From positions 192,001-256,000 of the forward strand of contig CAWGVS010000005.1 of the NCBI GenBank assembly GCA_963826115.1: a DNA stretch of 64,000 bases, read 5' to 3'. Of this stretch, positions 48,079 to 56,172 are shown piece by piece. A model generated the notes under the pieces. That model was not told the origin of the DNA. It saw only the letters and a program-made list of their open reading frames with translations, and did no database searches. Every line of letters starts with the position of its first letter. The stretch's first letter is position 1. The translations under genes were made by a program, and so were the position numbers. This DNA comes from an uncultured Candidatus Rokubacteria bacterium. GTDB lineage: Bacteria; Methylomirabilota; Methylomirabilia; Rokubacteriales; DASRDR01.

Positions 48079-49323
48079 GTGATGGCCCCCGACGCGCGGC
48101 ACGACGGCACGACGGCGGAGTTGACGAAGTTCGCCTGGGGTCCGGACCGCTTCAACCCGCGCGTCCGCGCGACCTCCCCGATGCCGAGGGCCGGCGCGGC
48201 GCCGCCCGACGTCATCTCACTGGCGTACGGGATGCCCGACCCGGCCCTGTTCCCGACGGCCGGCCTCGCCGCCGCCGCCCAGGAGGCGCTGGGCGACCCG
48301 GCCCGCTACGCGGTGGCGCTCCAGTACGGGAACGTCGGCGGCAACCCGCTTCTCCTCGCCGAGCTCGGCAAGAAGCTCGAGGGGGAGGAGGGGCGGCCGG
48401 TGCCGCCGGGCGGCCTCATCATGACGAACGGCTCCTCCCAGGCGATCGCGCTCGTCGTGCAGGCCCTGGCGGCCCCCGGTGACGCGTGCCTCTGCGAGGC
48501 GCCGACCTTCCTCGGGACCATCCACCACATCCGGTTCCAGGGCGTGCGAACCGTGCCCGTCTCGCTCGACGACGACGGGATCGACGTCGAAGGGACGGAG
48601 CGCGAGATTCGCCGGCTCGAGGCGGCCGGCACGCCGGCCCGCTTCATCTACACGATCCCCACGTTCAACAATCCCGCCGGGACGACGATGACGCTCGATC
48701 GGCGTCGCGCCTTGCTCGATCTCGCGGCGCGCCACGGCGTGCCCATCATCGAGGACGACGCATACCGCGACCTCCGCTTCGAGGGCGATCCCGTCCCGAC
48801 GCTCCACGCGCTGGACCGCGAGGGCCTCGTGATCCGGCTGGGCACCTTCTCGAAGATCGTCGCCCCCGGCGTGCGCTTGGGCTTCGTCCTCGCCGACCCG
48901 GCGGTGATCGAGCGGGTGCTGGCATTCAAGGCCGAGGGGAGCACGAACGGCTTCGCGTCGATGGTGGTCGGGACGTTCATGAAGACGGGCGGGCTCGCCG
49001 CGCACATCCAGACGCTGCGCTCGGCCTATCGGGAGCGGCGCGACGCCATGTACGAGGCGCTCGCCCGCGAGATGCCGGCGGGCGTCACGTGGACCCGCAC
49101 CGAGGGCGGGTTCTTCCTCTGGCTGACGATCCCGTCCCGGGCGGACATGACGAAGTTCAGCGCCCGCGCCGCCGAGGAGCGCGTCGTCGCGCTGGCGGGG
49201 ACCGAGTGCTTCCCCGACGGACGCGGAGCGCACAACCTCAGGCTGGCCTTCAGCCTTCAGCCGACGGACCGGATCGCCGAGGGCATCCGGCGGCTCGGAC
49301 GGGCCATTCGCGCCGGACTCTGA
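48079..49323 (+). CDS. PLP-dependent aminotransferase class I (LysN/ARO8-like)
   Basis: LAYGMPD, YTIPTFNNPAG, IEDDAY, GTFSKIVAPGVRLG. Confidence 0.9.
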   Translation: MMAPDARHDGTTAELTKFAWGPDRFNPRVRATSPMPRAGAAPPDVISLAYGMPDPALFPTAGLAAAAQEALGDPARYAVALQYGNVGGNPLLLAELGKKLEGEEGRPVPPGGLIMTNGSSQAIALVVQALAAPGDACLCEAPTFLGTIHHIRFQGVRTVPVSLDDDGIDVEGTEREIRRLEAAGTPARFIYTIPTFNNPAGTTMTLDRRRALLDLAARHGVPIIEDDAYRDLRFEGDPVPTLHALDREGLVIRLGTFSKIVAPGVRLGFVLADPAVIERVLAFKAEGSTNGFASMVVGTFMKTGGLAAHIQTLRSAYRERRDAMYEALAREMPAGVTWTRTEGGFFLWLTIPSRADMTKFSARAAEERVVALAGTECFPDGRGAHNLRLAFSLQPTDRIAEGIRRLGRAIRAGL

Positions 49324-49333
49324 GCCCGCAAGT

Positions 49334-49363
49334 TTGACGCGCGCCGACGCGCGATGCTACGGT
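49334..49363 (+). promoter_or_regulatory. Putative promoter of the peptide cluster
   Basis: TTGACG (49334-49339), 18 nt, TGc-TACGGT extended -10 (49355-49363). Confidence 0.5.
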
Positions 49364-49406
49364 TCCGAGGGTGATGACGCGCCGGCCGGGGCGCGAGGGA
49401 GCGACG

Positions 49407-49547
49407 ATGGACGGGCGGGACGGTGACAGCCTGGCTGAGCGTCTGCCGGAGTACGAGCCGCCGCGCGTGGAGCGGGTGCTGACGCCGGCGGAGATCGAGC
49501 GGGAATTCCGGTACGCCGGCGAGCCCGACGGCACTCCGGGCTTGTGA
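49407..49547 (+). CDS. Putative RiPP precursor peptide 1 (46 aa)
   Basis: MDGRDGDSLAERLPEYEPPRVERVLTPAEIEREFRYAGEPDGTPGL; GAGGGAG RBS. Confidence 0.85.
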   Translation: MDGRDGDSLAERLPEYEPPRVERVLTPAEIEREFRYAGEPDGTPGL

Positions 49548-49681
49548 TGACGGATCGGGAGCGACCAGCGGAGGACGCGCCGAGCTATGAGCCGCCGCGC
49601 GTGGAGCGGGTGCTGACACCTGCCGAGATCGAGCGAGAGTTCCGGTACGCTGGCGGGGCCGACGGCACGGGGCCTGCGTAG
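49547..49681 (+). CDS. Putative RiPP precursor peptide 2 (44 aa)
   Basis: MTDRERPAEDAPSYEPPRVERVLTPAEIEREFRYAGGADGTGPA; TGATG coupling to peptide 1. Confidence 0.85.
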   Translation: MTDRERPAEDAPSYEPPRVERVLTPAEIEREFRYAGGADGTGPA

Positions 49682-49702
49682 ACAGCGGGGAGCGAACTGC
49701 GA

Positions 49703-49834
49703 ATGAGCGAAGACGAGGGGCGATTGACGGACGGACCGGGCTACGAGCCGCCGAGAATCGAGCGCGTGGTCACTTCAGCCGACCTCGATCGCGAAGTGCT
49801 GTACGCCGGCCCGGCGACCTCGGACCCGATATAG
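49703..49834 (+). CDS. Putative RiPP precursor peptide 3 (43 aa)
   Basis: MSEDEGRLTDGPGYEPPRIERVVTSADLDREVLYAGPATSDPI; GGGGAG RBS. Confidence 0.85.
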   Translation: MSEDEGRLTDGPGYEPPRIERVVTSADLDREVLYAGPATSDPI

Positions 49835-49863
49835 CCGCCAGAGCAGCGCGCGATCTGCGGAGC

Positions 49864-50022
49864 ATGGAAGCCGTGCGGATGGGCGAACCAGACGGGGGTG
49901 GGGCGGACGCGACGCGCTACGAGCTCCCGCGGGTGGAGCGGCTCTTGACACCGGCGGACATCGAGCGCGAGTTCCTCTACGCCGGCCGCTTCGACGGTAG
50001 CCCGGTCTCGTCGGATTCCTGA
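49864..50022 (+). CDS. Putative RiPP precursor peptide 4 (52 aa; 47 aa from ATG 49879)
   Basis: MEAVRMGEPDGGGADATRYELPRVERLLTPADIEREFLYAGRFDGSPVSSDS. Confidence 0.82.
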   Translation: MEAVRMGEPDGGGADATRYELPRVERLLTPADIEREFLYAGRFDGSPVSSDS

Positions 50023-50042
50023 CGGACGATTCGCGGGGAGGG

Positions 50043-50183
50043 ATGACGGATCGAGACCGACTGGACCATTGGTCGGCCCGCGAGCTCCCGCGAGCGGAGC
50101 GGCTGCGGACGCCGGCGGAGATCGGGCGCGACCTCCTGCATGCCAGCGACGTCGACATCATCACGGGCGCGACCGACGGATAG
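50043..50183 (+). CDS. Putative RiPP precursor peptide 5, divergent (46 aa)
   Basis: MTDRDRLDHWSARELPRAERLRTPAEIGRDLLHASDVDIITGATDG; GGGGAGG upstream. Confidence 0.65.
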   Translation: MTDRDRLDHWSARELPRAERLRTPAEIGRDLLHASDVDIITGATDG

Positions 50184-50219
50184 CTGGGGCGCCACCGTCA
50201 TCCCTCTCGACGGCCTGCC

Positions 50220-50510
50220 ATGACCGGCCGCGGGGCCCCGGAACGCGCGTACGCGCGATCCGGGCAGGTCGAGGCATCGGTCGTCGGCGACCGAGTGGTG
50301 CTCTACCACCGGACGTCGCGCAGCGCGCTGGTCCTGAACCCCACGGGGAGCCGCCTCTGGGAGCGTCTCGCGACACCTGCCAGCCTGCCCGAGCTGATCG
50401 CGACGCTCCGCGAGCGGTTTCCGGCGCTGAGCGTCGAGGATGCGCGTCGGGACGTGGCCGCGTTCCTCGACGAGCTCACCCAACACGGGGCCATCGCCCC
50501 GCCGCCGTGA
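50220..50510 (+). CDS. PqqD family RiPP recognition element
   Basis: 96 aa; VVGDRVVLYH...LNPTGSRLWERL...LRERF...ARRDVAAFLDELTQHGAI is the PqqD pattern. Confidence 0.88.
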   Translation: MTGRGAPERAYARSGQVEASVVGDRVVLYHRTSRSALVLNPTGSRLWERLATPASLPELIATLRERFPALSVEDARRDVAAFLDELTQHGAIAPPP

Positions 50511-51385
50511 TCCCCGGCGTGGGCCCGATCCGCTGGTCGGCCGGGCCGCTCTCGTTCGAGCTCCACTGCAACGCCCCGGCCGTCCGGTCACTGGCCCTGC
50601 CCGTCTTCCGTCCCTGGAGTCTGAACGACGGGGCGCCGCCGCCGACCCACATCTGGCGGATCGAGCGCATGGCGGAGCACGACGGGGCCGGAGAGTGGCA
50701 GGTCCGGTCCTCGGCCGGCGCGGAGGCGCGGGTCGGGAGCGCGGCACGCGCCGTCAGCGCCGTCGAGTACGGCGCCGTCGCCACCCTCGCGGAATCGGCC
50801 GCCGTCACCGCGCACGGCGCCCTGGTCGCGGTGGGCGGGCGCGGCGTTCTGCTGGTCGGGCGCGGCGAGGCCGGCAAGTCGACGCTCGCCTGCGCGCTCT
50901 GGTCCCGCGGGGCCGCCCTCCTCGGCGACGACATGGCCATCCTTGACGTCGCCACGGGCGAGGCCCGACCGGGGCCGAGGCGCGTGTCGCTCCGGGCCGA
51001 CAGCCGCGCGTTGCTCGGCGACGCCTTCTTCGACCGGGCCATGCGCGGGCCGTCGAGCGTCGCGCTCGGCGACTCCCACCTGTTCCACCCTGGCGAGATC
51101 GAGCCACGGCCCCGGCCCGAGACGGTGGAACTCGGCGCGATCGTGTTCCTGGCCCGCCGGAGCAGCGCGGTCGACGGCGCGCGCCTCGAGCCGATCGCGC
51201 CGGCCCATGCCCTCCTCGCGCTCCTGCCGTACTCGAACATCCGAACGCACCGGCCGTTTGGCGAGGCGATCCGGATCCTGGTCCCGCTCGCCGACCGCGT
51301 ACCCGCCTTTGACCTCGGGCGCGGGTCGCTGCCCGAGATGGCCGCGGCAGTGGAAGCGCTCGCGGGCGCCCCCTCACGGGCATGA
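50507..51385 (+). CDS. HPr kinase-related P-loop kinase
   Basis: GTG 50507 overlaps PqqD stop; AHGALV, Walker A GRGEAGKST, LLGDD. Confidence 0.82.
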   Translation: MIPGVGPIRWSAGPLSFELHCNAPAVRSLALPVFRPWSLNDGAPPPTHIWRIERMAEHDGAGEWQVRSSAGAEARVGSAARAVSAVEYGAVATLAESAAVTAHGALVAVGGRGVLLVGRGEAGKSTLACALWSRGAALLGDDMAILDVATGEARPGPRRVSLRADSRALLGDAFFDRAMRGPSSVALGDSHLFHPGEIEPRPRPETVELGAIVFLARRSSAVDGARLEPIAPAHALLALLPYSNIRTHRPFGEAIRILVPLADRVPAFDLGRGSLPEMAAAVEALAGAPSRA

Positions 51386-53604
51386 GCCTGACCCCGGCGC
51401 TCCGCATCGGGTCGGCGGCGACGCCGCCCGCGACGTCGATGGCGCTCATGCTGACGCGTCGCTGCAACATGCGGTGTGGGCACTGCAGCGTCGAGAGCGG
51501 ACCGGACGTGCGTGGCGAGCCGACCGAGGAGGAGCTCCTCGACCGCGTCCGCCAGGCTGCGGCTGGCGGCGTCCGGGCGATCAACCTCACCGGCGGCGAG
51601 CCGATGCTGCGCCCGCGAACGGTCCTGCGGCTCGTGCGCGCGGCCCGCCGCCTGGGCGTGGCGACGACGCTCACGACGAACGGCTCCTGGGGGCGGACCG
51701 CTGCTCGCGCGCGGCGGGGTGTCCAGGCGCTCCGGCGCGCGGGCCTCGCGTCGCTCGCGATCAGCGTCGATCGCTACCACGACGAGTTCCAGGGCCCGAC
51801 GCCGACGCTCCTGATCGCGCGGGCCGCCGAGGAGGCGGGCCTGCCGGTGCGGATCAGCCTCGTCGTGCCGGCGGGGCGGTCGGAGGAGGACGGGCTCGCG
51901 GCGCTGGTCGCGCCCTTCGAGGGTCTTCGCAGCACGCGCCTCCGGTTCTACGGGCTCCAGGCGGTCGGGCGGGCGCGCGGTCTGCCGGTCGAGACGATGG
52001 GCGCCGACATCGACGGCTTCTGCGCCGCGTGCGCCGCCCCCGCGGTGACGGATGACGGGCGCCTGACCGCGTGCAACGGGCCCGCGTACTTCGCGCCCGA
52101 AGGGTCGCCGCTGATCGTCGGGTCGCTCCGGTCGGAGCCCCTCGGCGTGCTTCTCGCGCGCCACCGGGAGGATCCGATCCTCGACACGATCCGGACGCAC
52201 GGGCCGACGCGACTCAGGGACGAGCTCCGGGCGCTGCCCGGCTTCGAGACCTTCCCGTTCCGCAAGCGCTATCTCGGCATCTGTGACCTCTGCCTGCACG
52301 TCACGTCCGACGCCAAGGCCGTGGCGGCCCTGCGGGTGCGGCTCGACGATCCCGCGCGCGCGGCCGAGCGCCGGGCCGCGTGGCTGGTCATCCAGGACGG
52401 CCGCCGGCGTGGCGAGCTGAACGCCGGGCGCGTCAACGGTCCCGGCGCCGCGCGGGTCTTCCTCCGGGCCGCGACGGAGCCGGCGGCGACCTATGGCGAC
52501 GAGGCCGAGCGGATCCTCGCGCGCCCCGACGTCGACTGGAAGCGATGGGCCACGTACCTGACCGCGTGCGGCTTCGCCCGGTCGCTCGCGCCGGCGCTCG
52601 ACCGGCCCGGGCTCACGGGACGGGCGCCCGCGTTCTTCGTCGAGACGCTGCGGGCGGCCGCGGTGCGCGAGGGCATCCGCGAGCTGGTTCAGCGCGAGGT
52701 GCTGCGCGAGGTGGAGGCCGGTCTCGCCACGATCGGCGCCCGCGGCGTCGTGCTCAAGGGGATGGCGCTGGCGCTCCGGGCCCGCGAGGCGGGGGACGCG
52801 GTCCCGCCCCGCGCCACCGGGGATGTCGACGTCTACGTGGAGTCCGACCGCGCGCCCGCCCTGCGCCGGCACCTCCTCGAGCAGGGGTTCAGCGGCGTCC
52901 CGGACGCGCGCCCCACGTCGACCCACCACCTCGCGGCCGTGTCGATCCGCGGCATCCAGGTGGAGATCCACACGCGGATCACGGCGCCGCACTGGGGGCT
53001 GCCGGAGGCGGAGATGCTGAGGCGCGTCCGCCCGCTCGACTCGGCCCAGCGGCTCGACACGCTGGATCCCGAGGGGCTGCTGCTCCACTCGATGGTGCAC
53101 TGCTCCCAGCACTGCTTCTCGCACGGGCTCCGCGCGGCGTGGGACGTCCTCGCGGTCCTGCGGACCCGCCCGGACATCGACTGGGCCCGGCTGGCGGGCT
53201 GGGTGAAGGCGCTTCGGGCGCCGCGCGGCTTCTGGGTGCCGGCGGCGGTGCTGGCGCGGGAGCTCGGGCTGCCGCTACCGCCGGAGCTCGTGCGCGAGGC
53301 GCCGCGCGACGCGCTTCAGCGGAACCTCGAGGCGGTCGCCGCCCGGCGCCTCTTCCGCGTGGTCGAGCGAGTCGACGAGCTCGATCCCATCAGCCGGAAC
53401 GCGGTGCTGCTCCTCCTGCACGACTCCTTTGCGGCGCGGGCGCGCTATCTCGGCGCTCTGTCCCGATGGGCGCTGGTACGTCCCGGGCGGCGGACGGGGC
53501 CCGCCCGCTCCACGCCATCCGGGGCCGGGAGGCTCCGCCAGGCCTGGCGGCACTTCCGCCAGTACCGCGGCGCCGTCACGCGCGCGGCCGCCGACGAGGA
53601 CTGA
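51382..53604 (+). CDS. Radical SAM (auxiliary Cys cluster) fused to nucleotidyltransferase-like domain
   Basis: CNMRCGHC, TGGEP, TNG, ISVDRYH, CAAC...DGRLTAC...ICDLC; C-terminal VLKG...RATGDVDVYV...VEIH. Confidence 0.88.
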   Translation: MSLTPALRIGSAATPPATSMALMLTRRCNMRCGHCSVESGPDVRGEPTEEELLDRVRQAAAGGVRAINLTGGEPMLRPRTVLRLVRAARRLGVATTLTTNGSWGRTAARARRGVQALRRAGLASLAISVDRYHDEFQGPTPTLLIARAAEEAGLPVRISLVVPAGRSEEDGLAALVAPFEGLRSTRLRFYGLQAVGRARGLPVETMGADIDGFCAACAAPAVTDDGRLTACNGPAYFAPEGSPLIVGSLRSEPLGVLLARHREDPILDTIRTHGPTRLRDELRALPGFETFPFRKRYLGICDLCLHVTSDAKAVAALRVRLDDPARAAERRAAWLVIQDGRRRGELNAGRVNGPGAARVFLRAATEPAATYGDEAERILARPDVDWKRWATYLTACGFARSLAPALDRPGLTGRAPAFFVETLRAAAVREGIRELVQREVLREVEAGLATIGARGVVLKGMALALRAREAGDAVPPRATGDVDVYVESDRAPALRRHLLEQGFSGVPDARPTSTHHLAAVSIRGIQVEIHTRITAPHWGLPEAEMLRRVRPLDSAQRLDTLDPEGLLLHSMVHCSQHCFSHGLRAAWDVLAVLRTRPDIDWARLAGWVKALRAPRGFWVPAAVLARELGLPLPPELVREAPRDALQRNLEAVAARRLFRVVERVDELDPISRNAVLLLLHDSFAARARYLGALSRWALVRPGRRTGPARSTPSGAGRLRQAWRHFRQYRGAVTRAAADED

Positions 53605-53637
53605 GCCGCCCGGCGACGGCGCGCCGGGCGGGGAGCT

Positions 53638-54459
53638 TCAGCGGCCCGGGTGCCCCTGCGTCTCGTGCCAGCGGGCAATCGCCTCGCCCGTCGTGAACCA
53701 GACTCCCGGGAACCGGCGGATGTAGGCCACGAGCTCCTCGAGCAGCATGATCCGCGAGGCGCGCCCGATCACGAAGGGGTGGCAGGTCAGCACGAAGCAG
53801 CCGTTCTCCCGGTAGATCCCCGAGAATTCTCGGCTCCACAGGTCGAACACCCGGGCCGGGTCGGCGATGACGTTGCCGGCCCCGTAGACGTGGCGGAAGA
53901 GCGGCGCGTCGTCGAGGATCCACTGCACCGGGACCTCGATCAGCGGGCCGTGGCTCGTCTCGAGGAGGTACGGCACGTCGTCGCCCATGAGCGAGCTGTC
54001 GTAGAGGAAGCCGTGGGCCTTCAGGATGCCGGGCGTCCTCACGTTCACGTCCCAGGACGGCGAGCGGTAGCCGGCCGGGCGCACGCCGAGCTGGTCGGCG
54101 AGGATCCGGAGCTGCGCTCGCATCACCGCTTCTTCCTGCGCGGCGTCCAGGCCGTCGACCGCCTCGTGGACGTTGCCGTGGGCGCCGATCTCGTGGCCGG
54201 CATCCCTGATCCGGAGGGACTGCGGGCGGTGGTTCTCGACCGTCCAGCCCGGAATGAAGAACGTCGCCGGGAGCCGCAGCTGGTCGAGCATGCGGAGGAT
54301 CCGGTCCACGCCGACGCGGGGTCCGAAGCGTCGCTCCTCGAGACCGGCCAGGCTTCGCTTGGACTTGTCAGGCTCCCGGAAGAGGAACCCCGACTCCGCG
54401 TCGAAGTCGAACGACAGCACCACCGCGCACTGCTGGCCCTCGGGCCACTGGTATCGCAT
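53638..54459 (-). CDS. Polysaccharide deacetylase (CE4, PuuE/HpPgdA-like)
   Basis: SFDFD, TFFIPG, HEIGAHGNVHE, GYRSP, YDSSLM, TCHP. Confidence 0.88.
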   Translation of the reverse strand: MRYQWPEGQQCAVVLSFDFDAESGFLFREPDKSKRSLAGLEERRFGPRVGVDRILRMLDQLRLPATFFIPGWTVENHRPQSLRIRDAGHEIGAHGNVHEAVDGLDAAQEEAVMRAQLRILADQLGVRPAGYRSPSWDVNVRTPGILKAHGFLYDSSLMGDDVPYLLETSHGPLIEVPVQWILDDAPLFRHVYGAGNVIADPARVFDLWSREFSGIYRENGCFVLTCHPFVIGRASRIMLLEELVAYIRRFPGVWFTTGEAIARWHETQGHPGR

Positions 54460-54468
54460 CGTGGTCTC

Positions 54469-55224
54469 CTATCCCCCCATGAAGGCGCCGCCGTTGACGT
54501 GGATCGTCTGACCGGTGATCCAGCCGGAGTGCTCGCCGACGAGGAACACGGCCACGCGGGCGATCTCCTCCGGGGTGGCCATCCGGCCCTCCAGCGGAAT
54601 CTGTCGGCCCAGCTCGACGAGCTCCGCCTCCGAGTTGCCGTACCGCGGCTGCGCCGTGTCCGTGAGCCCCGGGGCGATCGCGTTGACCCGAATGCGGTGA
54701 GGCGCGAGCGCGAGCGCCATCGCGCGGGTGAGGCCCATGACTCCGGCTTTGCTCGCCGAGTAGTGGACACCGAGCGGCGTCCCCCGCATGGCCACCGAGG
54801 CGAGGTTCACGATGGCGCCCCCACGCCCGGCCTCGACCATCCGCCGCGCCGCGGCCTGCGCGCAGAGGAAGCTGCCTTTCAGGTTCACGTCGAGCACGTG
54901 GTCCCACTCCGCCTCGGTCATGGCGAGGAAGTCGACCCGCGGAAAGACCCCCGCGTTGTTGACGAGGATCGCCGGTGCCCCGAGCTCGCAGGCGACCGCG
55001 GCGACCATCGACTCCGCGTCGCCCGTCCGGGAAACGTCGCCCTGGACGAGGCACGCGCGGCGTCCGATCCCGCGGACCTCGTCCGCGACCCGCTCGGCGG
55101 CGGCGCGGTCGTCGAGGTAGTTCACGCCCACGTCCGCGCCGTCCCGTGCAAGGGCCACGGCAATCGCCCGGCCGATGCCCTGCTGGGCTCCGGTCACGAG
55201 TGCGACCCGACCGACGAGCTGCAT
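54469..55224 (-). CDS. Short-chain dehydrogenase/reductase
   Basis: TGAQQGIG, NNAG, YSASK, NAIAPG. Confidence 0.9.
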   Translation of the reverse strand: MQLVGRVALVTGAQQGIGRAIAVALARDGADVGVNYLDDRAAAERVADEVRGIGRRACLVQGDVSRTGDAESMVAAVACELGAPAILVNNAGVFPRVDFLAMTEAEWDHVLDVNLKGSFLCAQAAARRMVEAGRGGAIVNLASVAMRGTPLGVHYSASKAGVMGLTRAMALALAPHRIRVNAIAPGLTDTAQPRYGNSEAELVELGRQIPLEGRMATPEEIARVAVFLVGEHSGWITGQTIHVNGGAFMGG

Positions 55225-55400
55225 GGGTCCTCCGTCCCTCGGGCCGGCTCGCTTGCGGCCCGACGCGTACAGTACCCCAAGGCCCCTCGGGGGTGAAGCC
55301 GTGGCCGGCACATCGAGCGATCGGGCCGCGGGTGTTGCCAGGACTCGGGAGACGCTATCCTGAGCGCCACACGAACCCTAGACACTCGAGGAGCGCGCTC

Positions 55401-56096
55401 ATGCGACCACGTCACACGGAGACACATCGGACCGCACGCATCGGCTGGCTACGCGCTACCGTCCTCGGCGCCAACGACGGGATCGTGTCGACGGCGAGCC
55501 TGGTCCTGGGGGTGGCCTCGGCCCACGCCGGCGCGTCGAGCGTTGTGGTTGCGGGCGCGGCGGGCCTCGTCGCCGGCGCGATGTCCATGGCCGCCGGGGA
55601 GTACGTGTCGGTCAGCTCGCAGGCGGATACCGAGCGTGCCGATCTCCGGCGTGAGGAGGTGGAGCTAGCCTCGGATCCCGAGGCGGAGCTGGCGGAGCTG
55701 ACGGCGATCTACGTCGGCCGCGGGCTGGATCCGGCCCTGGCCCACCAGGTGGCCGTCCAGCTGATGGCTCACGACGCGCTGGCGACTCATGCCCGGGACG
55801 AGCTTGGCATCACCGAGATGCTCCGGGCGCGACCTCTCCAGGCGGCCCTCGCGTCGGCGGCGAGCTTCGCGGTGGGCGCCGCCGTCCCGCTGGTGACGGT
55901 TGCGCTCAGTCCCGACGCCACGATCGTTCCGGTGGTCGGCGGAACGTCGCTCGTGCTGCTGGGGGCGCTCGGCTGGCTGGCGGCGCGGGTCGGAGGAGCG
56001 CACCCCTGGGCCGGCACCGCCCGCGTGGTGCTGTGGGGGGCGCTCGCGATGGCCGCGACGGCCGCCGCCGGCACGCTCTTCGGCGCGACGGTCTGA
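55401..56096 (+). CDS. VIT1/CCC1 family Fe/Mn transporter
   Basis: WLRATVLGANDGIVS, SMAAGEYVSVSSQ, HARDELG. Confidence 0.92.
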   Translation: MRPRHTETHRTARIGWLRATVLGANDGIVSTASLVLGVASAHAGASSVVVAGAAGLVAGAMSMAAGEYVSVSSQADTERADLRREEVELASDPEAELAELTAIYVGRGLDPALAHQVAVQLMAHDALATHARDELGITEMLRARPLQAALASAASFAVGAAVPLVTVALSPDATIVPVVGGTSLVLLGALGWLAARVGGAHPWAGTARVVLWGALAMAATAAAGTLFGATV

Positions 56097-56172
56097 GCGC
56101 GTCGAGACCCGCGGGCGAGTTCCGCCGGGGCCCGACGCATGCTATCGTCGGCGGCTGGGAGGGCGGGGAGCA

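Noticed and set aside
49452-50150. Repeats of about 69 nt at 134-176 nt spacing as a CRISPR or non-coding repeat array
   Set aside because: Units are too long and divergent, differences favour synonymous sites, each sits in its own ORF, and no cas genes are present
49407-53604. Lasso peptide cluster
   Set aside because: YxxP leader, RRE, kinase and nucleotidyltransferase fit, but there is no asparagine-synthetase-like cyclase or B2 protease and the cores are too short
50220-53604. PQQ biosynthesis (pqqD/pqqE)
   Set aside because: No pqqB or pqqC, and the peptides do not have the PqqA ExxxY C-terminal core (here ExxY followed by variable tails)
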